A DNA stretch of 63,994 nucleotides, counting the filler, from Jimgerdemannia flammicorona (lineage: Eukaryota): assembly GCA_003990765.1 (NCBI GenBank). It is 3 parts of 3 records of this genome, joined end to end, with 100 filler letters (N's around TTAATTAATTAA, not from the genome) between each part and the next. Parts side by side here need not be neighbours in the genome. Positions count along the whole stretch, not along the records: positions 43,276 to 63,994 come from RBNJ01001601.1; 2 more parts are not named here. One strand, given 5' to 3'. Positions within the stretch are counted from its first letter, which is position 1. Every line of letters begins with the position of its first letter. Below are positions 48,272 to 60,739 of the stretch, piece after piece. Below the pieces are notes generated by a model. The model searched no databases, was not told the origin of the DNA, and saw only the letters and a program-made list of their open reading frames with translations. The position numbers and the translations under genes were made by a program.

Positions 48272-50285
48272 ACTTCCCCCTGGCATGGTTCTCTCCCAGT
48301 GTCCCCATCCCTTCTCAGATTCCATTGTCACTTCTGGTGTACCCTGAGTGGTTTCTCATATTGTCCCCCCTTTGTCTTTTCCAGTTGCTTGTCCCAAATT
48401 TTCGGGTTTACTCTTCTTTTGGAACTCTTTTGTCTCCTCCTTTTTCCCTGGCTGACTGCCCTCTTTCTCCCCTTCAAGTCTTTACCTTATCCTTGGGTCC
48501 TTACTTTGTTTTTCCTGTGACTCCCTCACAATTCTCTTTCACTGATCCAGCTCATCTCACACATTTTCATCATGCTCTTGACCTTGCCATTTTCTTTCAA
48601 GATCATGGTGAGATGTCCTCTCACTATTTTGTTTCTAGTAATTGGGTCCCTCCTCCCAATGTCTCTTCACACTGCATATTCCTCGACATGGCCTGCTCAC
48701 TGTCTGTTCCTGGATATGCTCACTCTTGCTTGGTTTCAGACCATGCCATATATACTACACTTAAATTAGTCAAGCAATTGCTTATGCATTTGCTCATAGT
48801 CACTGATAAGAATCAGAGTTTTGCACTTATTCCTAAGTTACTCTACCTTGATGGCCTTTCTGCCCTCCTTCGAGCCATGGCTTATGAGCCTAGTGCTCTT
48901 GGATTGGATGAGATTCTCACTCTTCTTCGGGTTTCTCTGGCTCACACCAGATCACTTTCGGATTCTCCATTCACAAACCCCATTTTTAACTTCTTCCAGG
49001 ACTCTTTGTCCTCTCTAGATATTTCTCTTCCAGTTTTCTATGCTCTTCCTAAAGTTTACAAGCCTACTTTGGCTTGACATCCCATTATGGCTGCCTATAG
49101 TTCTCCCATCACTGAGATTTCAAAGTAGTTATCCCACTTCTTTCTCTCCTGGATGGCTCTCCTACAACACCGTCTTGGGCCTGAGTATACTATTCTTTAT
49201 GATACTCAGGAGCTTGCCCTTCTCTGCTCCACCATTGTGCCTGTTCACTGTTTTTCCCATTTGGCCTCTAGTGACTTCTCCTCTTTTTATACTGCTATTT
49301 GTTTTAATAAGATCGATAATTGCCTTCGCTTCCTGGGTTTCATTGTTTTCCCTTTGGGTTCTCCGGTTTCACTGACTTCTATTGTTGAGCTTATGCTCCT
49401 TGTCTGCAGCTCTAATTATTTTGAGTCAGCTCTTGGCTCCTTTCACCAGACTTCTGGTATTGCCATTGGAATGAATTATGCCCCCACCCTTGCCAACCTC
49501 ATTGGTTTGGCCCATAAATTGCATACATTACATGATATTACTTCACCTCTTTTCATTGCATTCCGGGCTGGAGATATCTTCTTTCACCAATACATTGATG
49601 ACTTTATTGTCTTTGCTATTGCTAGTATTGATATCCCTAGTGTGTTCTTGGGTGTCTACCCTCTCCATCATTCTATTACCTGGGTGTGCAGTATGACCAG
49701 TATTCCCTTTTTGGATCTTTCTATTTCTCTTTCTCCTTTCCGAACTGTTATTTATTCCCATTTTCCCATTTCCAATAGTTCCCTGACTTCTTGTCCAATC
49801 ATTCTCATCACACTCTTCTTGAATGCATTCATGGTGAGACTTGTCATCTTGCATTATACTACTCCCATCATTCTGATTGAGTATCTGCTGTTTGGGTTCT
49901 TGGCAACTTTGTAGTCCATCATCATGCCTACTCTATTTCTATCATTCACGATCTGCTTGCTTCTGTTGAATGGTCTGTTGTTCACTCTTCTCTACTCTCT
50001 CCTCTTTACTCTCTCTTCCTTTCCTCCCTCCCCCCTTACCCTCTCCATACCCCCTCTTCTTTCTCACCCCTGATTCTTGTTGTACCATTTGATCATGCTC
50101 GCTGGGTCACTTAATGCCCTGATATCATCCTGTGCTCTTCTCTTTCATGCCATGGACTTTCATCTCTTTCTCAATGCCCTCTGATTACTTGTTCACATCT
50201 TCCTTCTATTTCTTCTTTAATCCATCACTCTCGTTTTGTATTTTCATCACCTTCTGGTACCTTTGGCTCTACTGGAGAGGATTAA
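48202..50285 (+). pseudogene. PLE reverse transcriptase with thumb domain, no endonuclease
   Basis: TDKN, FYALPKVYK, DFSSFYTAI, NYF, QTSGIAIGMNYAPTLANL, YIDD, IPFLDL; after a frameshift SNHSHH...IHGE; ends GED* (TAA 50283-50285). Confidence 0.88.
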
Positions 50286-51777
50286 AAAACATCCTTGCCC
50301 CCTCCGGGGTCTCGTGCTCACTCTGGGGTCTCAGCCTTACTCCGCTCCCCTCTGCTGTCTTCGGCCCCTTGCTTCACTCGAGCTCACTGTAGCTCACTCT
50401 ATTTTGGCCTCACCCCTCGCTCACACTCATCCCTCTGGGGTCTGTGGATGTTTTTTAATCTCGATTTGGATTTGTTTTGTTTGTGTTTGTTTATGATTTT
50501 TATCCTGCAACTGGGATTGGCTCCCCCTTTATCTCCACCTATCTCCAGCGGTCATGTGGTTCCTAATTCAGTTCACCTTGAGTTGTAGTGCATCCTCTCT
50601 TTTGGGACATCATATTTTATATATAAGGACCATGTTTTTTGCATGGCAATAAATGGCTGATGCATTTTTGGTTATGTTCTTTGTTCATCCCCCTTATATA
50701 CGCCTTTCCACATATCTTCCATTCACTTTGACACTGGCTCTGGTTTCGTTCCCCTGGCTCCTGCTGGGCCTTCTTCCTCCTCATTATTAGCTAAGATAGT
50801 AAAAAAGTCAGTCAATAGTGATAAAGAAGTCTTTTCTGATGATAAAGATATATAAGTCCTCTTAGATAATAGAGATATAAAGTTCTCTTTAATAATAGAA
50901 ATAATTATAGCTAAAAAGACCAAGTCTATCCAGATAGTCAAGATGATTACAAGAATAATAAAACTCTTTTAGATAGTAGAGATATAGCTGATAAAATTAT
51001 AGAAAAGATCAATAAGATTAATAAGATCAGTAATATAACTAATAATAAAGTTAGTATTTATAAGATTAGTAATAAAACTGATAAATTCAAGAAATACTAA
51101 TAAGATCAAAAGAGTAACTAACTGTTTAAAAATAACTTATAGAAAATATAGGTATTATAAATAATAATAACAATAATATATGTATATAGAAGAGAGAACT
51201 ACTATAGTAGTTATATGAACTATACTAATAGTGATTTCATATAAGTAATATTTATATAAGTAATAATTATATAAATAATATTCATATAAATAACTAACAA
51301 TTAGTTTTACTATTAACTTATTATCTACAACTAGTCAGTAAAATACTTTTGAGCTAATAAAAAGTAGTAATAATATTAATAATAATAATATTTATATCTA
51401 GGAATAATAACTGATAATAGTATAATAATAACTTTATAAGTAATATAAAAAATATTAGCTCTATATATACTACTAATAGTATAAGTACTGTTAATAGTAT
51501 AAACAATACTACTAACTTAGTTAATAATAATAATGATATATAACTAATGAATTTTAGTATATTATATATATAAGGAATAATAGTTAGTACTAATAAAGCT
51601 ATTATAAATATAGAGTAGAGAAGAATAGTAGTATATTATTTATTGATTACTTGTATTTTTTATATATCAAGTAATATAGCTCAAGAATAATATAGTTATA
51701 TATAAGCTATATATAATTAAAATATATAATAATAAAGAATTTCAACACTCTTACTTAATGAGATAATATATAAGAAT

Positions 51778-54700
51778 TATAACATTTTAGCATAGTTTAT
51801 TTCTTTTCTTTGTCTTTCTTCAATATTCTATAACCTTCCAGTACTTTCTAAATTCTTAGAAATTCTTTCTTGGTGCCAAGCATCCTCTAGTATTTATTTA
51901 GCTAGTTACTGAATATCCTGGAAACTTATAGAACTTTATTTGTCATTATTTGTCATCTTTACTGAGAACTTTCCTCTTAGCATTTTCCTTTGATTTCTCA
52001 GATCCTTCTGGATCCTTCTTTCAGATCTTGTATAAATATCCTCTTTGTTCTCATAAATAAAGTCTCAGAATATTTTCTCTCAGAAATTCTTTAAGAACAC
52101 TTGAATTCTTAAGTATCTATTTGAGCTACTTAGAACCACCAGAACTAGTCACTTCCTCATTTAGAAACTAGAACCATTATACTTGGTAGCAGTGGTTAAG
52201 TTATACCTAGCCTTATCAAGATACCTCTTAAGATATCAGTTACGATACTATAGAGGACAATGGGTGGAATCCTTTATACAGTACCTATAGTCTAGGTAAT
52301 ATCTCATACAATCAGCAAGAAGAAGAGGAACAGCAAAACGCTACTCAGTTAAATGGGGCCATCAAGAGTCTTTTGCAGACCACATTAGCTCAGATTGCTC
52401 AACTTCAAGAATATATAGAAAGAAAGAAAAGCAAGACCTCTGCCTATAACTTCACACCTCTACTGATATCAATATACTTAACAGCAGTTACTATCAAGTC
52501 TCAGAAGCCTGATACTTTTGATGGTCAAAGAGGAGGACTGTCTACCAATACCTGGCTTTTCCAATTAGAGCAATATAGAGAACTGATCAATTTGGAAGAA
52601 GCAACACTAGTCCAATTTGCTGCTATACTCCTCTGAGGAAATACTGCAATCTGGTAGTGAAATTATATCTAGAATACCAGATTCTCTGACCGAATCAAGA
52701 CCTGGGGTGAATTCTCTGATACTATTCAAGACCAATTCAAACCAGTCAACAGCACCAAGGCCATGCGAGACCATCTGACAACTCAAGTCTGTACAAGCAT
52801 ACAATATACAATTCCTGTCAATTCTGCTAGAATTACCACATATCACTGAAGACAAGAAGGTTGACAAGTACATCCGAGGCCTGAAAGGTCAAACCCAAGT
52901 TTGTATTGAACTAGAAAAACCCAAGGACCTAGATACAGTAATGAAGATTACTGATAGGTTTGATGTCATCACCTATGGTCACTACTTTGAATAGAAGAAA
53001 CTGCCTTTCAACAACAACAACCACAAAAGGGAGGAACCCAATATCAGAACTGTTAGATCTGCCCCCATGGACCTAGATACCATTGACAAGACCAAGAAAA
53101 GCAAACTTACATTCAAGGAAAAGGAGTGCCTCAAGAAGACTGGAGTCTGCTTCTTTTGCCATCAGCCTGGTCACATTGCAACTAAATGTCCCAAGAAAAC
53201 TGCCAAATCAAAGAGGATCCTGGTCCTGTCTAAAGACACTCAAGGTCAATCAGTTGAACAAGAAGTGGTACTCAATTTTATACAAGTCAACCCCAAGGCC
53301 CAGATCTCTCAAGTACAGTCAGAAGGAGCTATTGGTTTAGACCTTCAAGCAGTATAACAAGTCACTATTCCTGTACAGAAAGAAGGCTCATTCCAACTGG
53401 CCTTTCAGTCGAAATCCCCAAGGAACATTATGTAAGGATTGCACTAAGATCTGGCCTCAGTTTCAAGCACTTATTGGATATTGGTGCTAGAGTCATTGAT
53501 CCTGACTTTTGAGATAAAATACAAGTCCTGCTAGTCAACTACAAGAACCAACCATACACTATCAATGAAGGAGACAGAATTGCACAGCTCATTCTGGAGT
53601 GAGCCACCCTACCAGTTGTCAAAGAAGTCACCAAGCTGTCTTCAACTAAGTGAGATCAGAAAGGCTTTGACAGCACTGACAAAGTTGTAAGCATAGCTGA
53701 GAACCAAGCCAATTCAATGCTCATTTTCAAAGGTCTAGTCAAGGGACAAGAACTAGATGTTCTCATAGACAGTAGAGCTGTTGGGAACTTCATCAACAAG
53801 AACCTCATCAATAAGCTCAAGATTCTCACTAAACCAGCCAGCAAGAATGGTAGAGTTGTCACTGCAGATAGCACCACCTTACCAATCAACTCAATTGCTA
53901 CTAAACTTCCCCTCAAGATTCAGAAGTACTGGGAACATTTAAATTTCGAGATAACACCACTAGGAGACCATGACCTGATCCTAGGCAAACCCTGGCTTAC
54001 ATGACACAACCCTCAGATTGACTGGACCAAGAATGAAGTCACCTTGATTCAGGATGGAGCCAACATTACCATCAAGCCAGACAAGACTCAGATGAGAACC
54101 CCAATTGCTACCCTTTTGGTAATTCAGTTCAAGAAGGCTCTCAAGAAAGCTACCTATGCCTTTGTAGTACTGATCTGACCAAAGAAAGAAGACAAGAAGC
54201 TATTCATTAGTGAAAGTATCAAATTACTGCTAAATAAGTACAAGGATGTCTTCCTGGACAAACTATCTGGTCTACCACCTTCAAGAGACCATGACTACGA
54301 AATCAAGTTGATACCTGATGCAGCTATACTTAAGAAGAAAATATATCACATATCTCTACTTGAAATTGAAGCAGTCAAGAAGGAACTCAATAAACTTATT
54401 GAGTGAGGAGCCATTCAGCCAAGCAAGTCACCCTTTGGCTCTCCAGTCCTATTTGTCAAGAAAAAGGATAATACTCTGCAAATATGTATAGACTACTGAG
54501 CACTCAACAAGATCACAGTCAAGAACCATTATCTACTACCACTCATAGATCAAATCTTTGATGCTCTCAAAAATACAAAGTACTTCACCAAGATTGATCT
54601 CACCTCTGGGTATCACCAAATTCGAATCAAGCCAGAAGACATATCCAAGACTGCCTTTATGATGCCATTTGGACTCTATGAATTTCTAGTCATGGCCTTT

Positions 54701-57700
54701 GGCCTCACCAATGTGCCAGCAACCTTTTAAGATCCCATGCAAACTGTCTTCAAGGATCAGCTCTATATCTTTGTACTTATATACATTGATGACATCCTGA
54801 TCTTCAGTAGCACTGAAGATGAACACCTCAAGCATATTGAACAAGTTCTCAAGATCCTCTGCAAGAACAAGCTCTATGCAAAGCTCAAGAAATGTGAATT
54901 TTTCAAGAATCAAGTCAAATACCTTGGACACATTGTATCAGCCAAAGGAATTCAAGTAGACTCAAGGAAAATACAAGCCATTGAACAGTGGCCTGTACCA
55001 GTAAACCTCACTGAACTTAGGTCCTTCCTTGGTCTGGCTGGATACTACTGTTGATTTGTCAAGAACTTCTCTGGTATTACAGAATCTTTGACAAACCTCC
55101 TGTGAAAAGAACCCAACTCTGACCTCTATGTCCCCTACATCTGAGATGCTTTCTGTCAACAAGCTTTTCAAGAACTCAAGAACTGCCTGACTCATGCACC
55201 TGTCCTTAGAAACATAGATCCAAACTTGAAGTTCATAGTCACTACAGATGTATCTAACTTTGCTATTGGTGCAGTCATTTCTCAAGATGATGGTCAAGGA
55301 TACTGACCTATTGCCTTTGAGTTAAGAAAATTGTCCCCAGCCGAACAAAAGCTGGCTACTCATGAAAAAGAACTTCTAGCAATCATGCATATCCTTAAGA
55401 TCTGGTGACACTACCTAGAAGGAGTTGAGTTTGATATGATCACCAATCACAGATCTCTTCAGTACATCAACACTCAATCAACTCTTTCTCACCAACAAGC
55501 CAAGTGGAGTCAACTACTTCAGACCTTTATCCCAAACATCATCTATAAGCCCAGCAAACTCTAGTTATACCAGATGTACTTTCAAGAAGACCTGACCTTG
55601 CTGCAATTTTACAAGTCACTGTGGCATCCAATTCCTTAATCAGATCAAGAAGGCATATGAACAAGACTCTCTGGTTCTATAAAGGAATACTAAAGAATTC
55701 AAGAAAAGGTACACCATCAAGGACCACCTCATATACTATCAAGACAAAGTATATATTCCTGCCAATCCTGAACTATGGTATAAGATTCTTCATAAACATC
55801 ATGATTTTCCACTAGCTGGTTACCTTGGAACTGAGAAGACCATCAAGAATATCTAATGAGACTACTACTGACCAAATATGCTTAAGGAAATCAAGAAGTA
55901 TGTCCAAAGCTATGATCTTTGCCAAAGAAACAAGTCAAGCAATCAAACACCTACCAGTCTTCTACAACTCTTGTCAATTCCAACCAAGAAGTTTGAACAA
56001 GTCACAATGGACTTCATTGTGTAACTCCCATGAACCAAAACAGACTATAATGCTATTGTTATATTTGTAGACCATCTCACCAAGATTATAATTGCCAAGC
56101 CAACTACAACCAATGCCATTGCCCCAGAAATTGCAAGAATCTTCTTCAAGACTATCTTCTGCCATTATAGACTTCCCTGAGTAATTATCAGTGACTGTGA
56201 CCCCAAGTTCACAAGTCACTTCTGGCAAGTACTTTTCAAGACCCTTGGAATCCAAATTACTATATCCACTGCCTTTTACCCCCAAACTGATAGACAGACT
56301 GAGCAAATGAACAGAACACTTGAACAAATGCTCAGAAACTATATGTCTTATGAGCAAGATGATTGGGACCACTATCTGACCTATGCTGAGTTTACCTACA
56401 ACAATACCACCCAATCATCAACTGGTCTTTCCCCATTTCAGCTTCTTCACAGTCAAAACTCCAAGACCCCTGCAAGCCTAGTCTCATTCTAGCAATCCAG
56501 TCACACACAAGTCCCCACAGCCCAGAACCTTATCAACAAAATGGATTCCCTTCTCAAGATTGCCACTACAAACCTACAAAAGGCTCAGCAATATCAAGCT
56601 AAGTATGCAGATAAGAAGCAGTGAGATGTCATATACAATATTGGTGATATGGTTCTACTCAAAACCAACAATATCAAGGCTCAATCTCAAGTCAACTGCC
56701 AGTCAGCCAAATTCCAGCCCAAGTACCTTGGACCCTTTGAGATCACTGAGCAAGTCTTTACCTGATCTTATCACCTCAAATTATCAATAACTATGCATAT
56801 ACACCCAGTATTCTATATGTCACAACTCAAGGCCTGGAACCAGTCACCTCCATATCCTGGCTGAATTCTGATACCATTAGCACCAGTTATAGTTGAAGAC
56901 CACATTAAGTATAAAGTTGAGAAAATCTTAGACAAGCGAGTCTGATACCATTGCACAGAATACCTAGTCAAGTGGATAGGTTACTCTGAATATAATGCTA
57001 CCTGAGAACCTGCTGCCAATCTCAAGAACTCCCAAGACCTCATCTAAGAGTTCGAGCAAAAAGGAACTCATTGACTGCCTATGAGGTTCTCTTCTTGGAT
57101 AGTAGATGACCTACTGTGCTGATTAGATACATTATACATCAGGGCTCTCTAAGAGATATAGCATCAGAAACAAGAGATATAGGAAAACCCTATAAATTCT
57201 GCAACCAATAAGGTTCAAACTAGTTCTCATCTGATTAAGATGATACTTTGGCCCTCACCTTATATAAGGACAGCCAATCCTTGCCAATGAGTTGATATAT
57301 TTAATTTAAAGTTTCTTTTAGTCTTACTATTTGTTATATATAACTTTGAGAATTCAATGAGGACATTGATTCTTAAGGAGAGGGAGATATAATATTTTAG
57401 TATAGTTTATTTCTTTTCTTTGTCTTTCTTCAATATTCTATGATCTTCCAGTACTTTCTGAATGCTTAGAAATCCTTTTTTGGCACCGAGCATCCTCTAG
57501 TACTTATTTAGCTAGTCACTGAATGTCCTAGAAACTTGTAGAACTTTATTTGTCATTATTTATCATCTTTGCTGAGAACTTTCCTCTTGGTATTTTTCTT
57601 TGATTTCTCAGATCCTTCTAGATTCTTCTTTCAGATCTTATATAAATATCCCCTTTGTTCTTATGAATAAAGTCTCAGAATATTTTCTCTCAGAAATCCT

Positions 57701-57791
57701 TCGAGAATACTTGAATCCTTAAGTATCTCTTCAAGCTACTTAGAACCACCAGAACTAGTCACTTCCTCATTTAGAAACTAGAACCATTACA
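51778..57791 (+). mobile_element. Ty3/Gypsy chromovirus D, full length (gag-dUTPase-PR-RT-RH-IN-chromo), degenerate
   Basis: 404-bp LTRs at 51778-52181 and 57388-57791; 5-bp TSD AGAAT; PBS TGGTAGCAG at 52184; PPT AAGGAGAGGGAGA before 57388; KPDTFDG, PMDLD, CFFCHQPGHIATKC, LIDS, YIDD, YLVKW. Confidence 0.95.
53265..53680 (+). pseudogene. dUTPase of element D, starting in frame with gag
   Basis: GAIGLDL, RSGL, VIDPDF, GDRIAQL, and decayed (R)DQKGFDST. Confidence 0.85.
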
Positions 57792-59639
57792 AGAATACAA
57801 TATAAGTAAAAATATAAGAATATAATAAAACTAAGCAATAACTACAAAATGACTATAAATATACTAAAAGAATACTATCTACTTATACTTAAAGTATAAG
57901 AAACTATAGTAAAAATAAAGAATATAGATAGATCTCAGTGATAAAGAATCTCAAATATAGAAGAAGAAGAAGAAGAAAAAAGATATAATATGTTATTTTT
58001 CTACTTTCTTTTTATTATAAAATATCTTATATAATTATCTATTATCAGTGTATAGTTCCATTACTATTTTATAGTTTATTATAAGACTTATTTCTTTAGT
58101 GCATTATTTGAACTTAGATCTCAAGAGAGCTCTAGTAAGCAATTCTGTAATCATATATTTTATAGAGATATATTCTAAGTAAATAGGTTAATTCTCTACA
58201 TATTTTCTTATATAATGATATTGTACATTAATGTACTTTGTTCTGCTATAATGAATAGAGTTCTTGACTATAATAATCATAGACTAGTTATCTTAATAAA
58301 TGAGTATAGAGTATTATTTCTAATCAAAGCTAAGTTTTTTTAATAACTAATATAGTCAAATGGCTTCTTTAGTTACTGTAAACAATACTTAATACTCTAC
58401 TTATATAGATGATATTACTACTGAGTTCTGTTTATATATATTTACTAAGATTAAATCTTTTTATTTAACTGAAAGATATACTCAGTTATAAATTAATAAT
58501 TATCTAAGTCTTTAGTTTAATCATACTTGATAGTTATATATTACTCTTTTTATTATTATTATTATTGCTATTACTCTTACTTAATCTGTTAAGAGTAAGT
58601 ATATAGTATATTATTTCTTTAATATATCTAAAAATCCTCTTAATAATACTTTAATATAAATTATTATATATAGTATGATAAATACTATACTACTATATTC
58701 ATAGTATATAAGATATCAGACTTTATTTCTAATATAAGATATAAGATAACTGACTACTTATTAATAAGAAATATTATTATTTATCTTTAATATAATATTA
58801 GACTCTTTTAACTTTACTAAAGTTTCTATAAGAGTACTAATAAACTTATATTCATTTATATTGAATTATTTGAGGATGACTTTGATGAGGAGCTCTGCTT
58901 TTTTAGTGCTGCAGCCCAGGGAATTTCTGTGGTCTGAGAGATTTTTGCTGCTCTAAATACAAAAAGGACTGATCAGATACCATCTATTTTAGCAGGTTTC
59001 CAAGCTAGGGCTCCTAGGGCTAGACCAAGGACAGATATCCACTAGTATATCCTGGCAGTATAAGGTCCTAGACCAAGGGTTCACTCAACTATATGCTTAT
59101 ATTACATCAGAATATGTTGGGTGCAATATTTCTCTACCTACATATATAGACAACAATATCACCTCAGTAATATTCTATATTCTGGAAAGGAAGAGACCCA
59201 CCTGGAAGAATAGTAGTGAAGTCTGATATAATCTCACCTATAGTTTCAGAGTCCTATTTTCAGTCAAAATGGCTGTCCTATTCTAACCACATAATCACTA
59301 TAGCACTATTACCTTTGAGGAGAGCTCAGACATAATAGTCATCATACTCACAACAGATGACAGGCTCATCAAGGTCTGGGACCAGTAGATAGAGCAGTTT
59401 TTATAAGAGTTAGACAATCTTTCATAAGAAGTCATTTTGTATAGGTTGGGTAGTCTTTTATAAGAGAGTTGGGCTGACAGCTGGGTACCTCTTCTGTAGC
59501 ACTAGTTTAGCCATTATGCTAGACCCTACTAGCCTCTTGGCCCTGCTCTATAGTACCACTGATATGGCACTACAGTATAGGGCCAGGGTGCTTGTGAGAT
59601 CTGGACCAGTAATAAGGCCTAAATTGTAGTAGACTTTGA

Positions 59640-59800
59640 CTACTAGAAGTACCCTCTGACTGCTAGAAATACTCTCTAACCACTGAAAGCACTCTCTAAC
59701 TGTCAGAAGTACTCTCTGACTACCAGAAATACTCTCCAATCACTGAAAGCACCCTCCAACTGCCAGAAGTACCCTCTGACTATCAGAAGCACCCTTTAAC
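59640..59800 (+). repeat. ~20-bp minisatellite (AGAAGTACCCTCTGACTGCC-like)
   Basis: About 8 degenerate tandem units. Confidence 0.75.
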
Positions 59801-59829
59801 CCAGACTTGGACTTCTTGACAGCTTGGGA

Positions 59830-60590
59830 TTACTTCTATGCTACTGGCAGAGGGCTGCAAATTTTGCATGCTCCCTCTGCTAACCCTGCTGACCCCCAGC
59901 CTAGACACAGGTTGCTTAGAGGTGCTCCATACTATTGACAGAGGACTACAAATTTTGTACACTCCCTCCATCTGTCCCACTCCCTCTGTCAACCTCCCTA
60001 TCTTAGATACTTATAGCTTAGAACTATCTCTTACTATCAGCAGAGGACCACAAATTTTACATACTCCCTCCACTAACCCCATGCCCACTGACCCTGCTCA
60101 CTAATCTGAGCACTGATAGCTTAGGGCTGCTCCTTGCTGCTGATGAAGGGCTGCAAATTTTGTATACTTTCTCTGCCTACCCCACCCCCTCTGCTAACCC
60201 CCCTGACCTAGACACTTGTACCTCTTGCTGCTAGTAGAGGACTGCAAATTTTGTGCACTCTCTCTGCTGACCCCACACTCACTGACCCTGTCTACCAATC
60301 CAGACACTGACAGCTCAGGGCTACTTCTTACTGCTAGTAGAGGGCTGCAAATTTTGTGTGCTCTCTCTATCTACCCCACCCCCTCCACTAACCCCTCCAA
60401 CCTAGATACTTATAGCTTAGGGCTATCTCTTGCTGCTAGCAGAGAACTGCAAATTTTATATACTCTCTCCACTAACCCTGCACCCACCAATCCTGCCCAC
60501 TGACCCAGACACTGATAGCTTAGAGCTATCCCTTGCTGCTGGTGGAGGGCTGCAAATTTTGCATACTCTCTCTGCTACCACCAACTCTAC
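59830..60590 (+). repeat. ~91-104-bp tandem repeat with ~296-bp higher-order period
   Basis: Core GAGGGCTGCAAATTTTG recurs 8 times with spacings of about 91,102,103,91,102,103,104. Confidence 0.8.
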
Positions 60591-60739
60591 TGACCACTGC
60601 CCCACTTGGGTTACAAACTCCAGACCAAGTTCTCAGTTTTTTTTCCTTTTTATTTTTGAAAAATATTAAATAATTCACAAGGACAATTAATCTATCTGCA
60701 AACCCCAGGACCCATCAAATTTTAGTAGCCTGAGCCCCA

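Larger units (their letters stand above)
46307..50782 (+). mobile_element. Endonuclease-deficient Penelope-like element with direct and inverted terminal repeats
   Basis: PLE-type RT; direct repeats ~46629-47133 and ~50280-50782; 46307-46643 is the reverse complement of 46795-47133 and of 50446-50782; no GIY-YIG domain. Confidence 0.88.

Noticed and set aside
57140..57165. Group I intron S-like motif (AGATATAG)
   Set aside because: The P, Q and R elements are not present in order.
59830..60590. CRISPR-like array
   Set aside because: The spacers are homologous to each other, there are no cas genes, and the context is eukaryotic.
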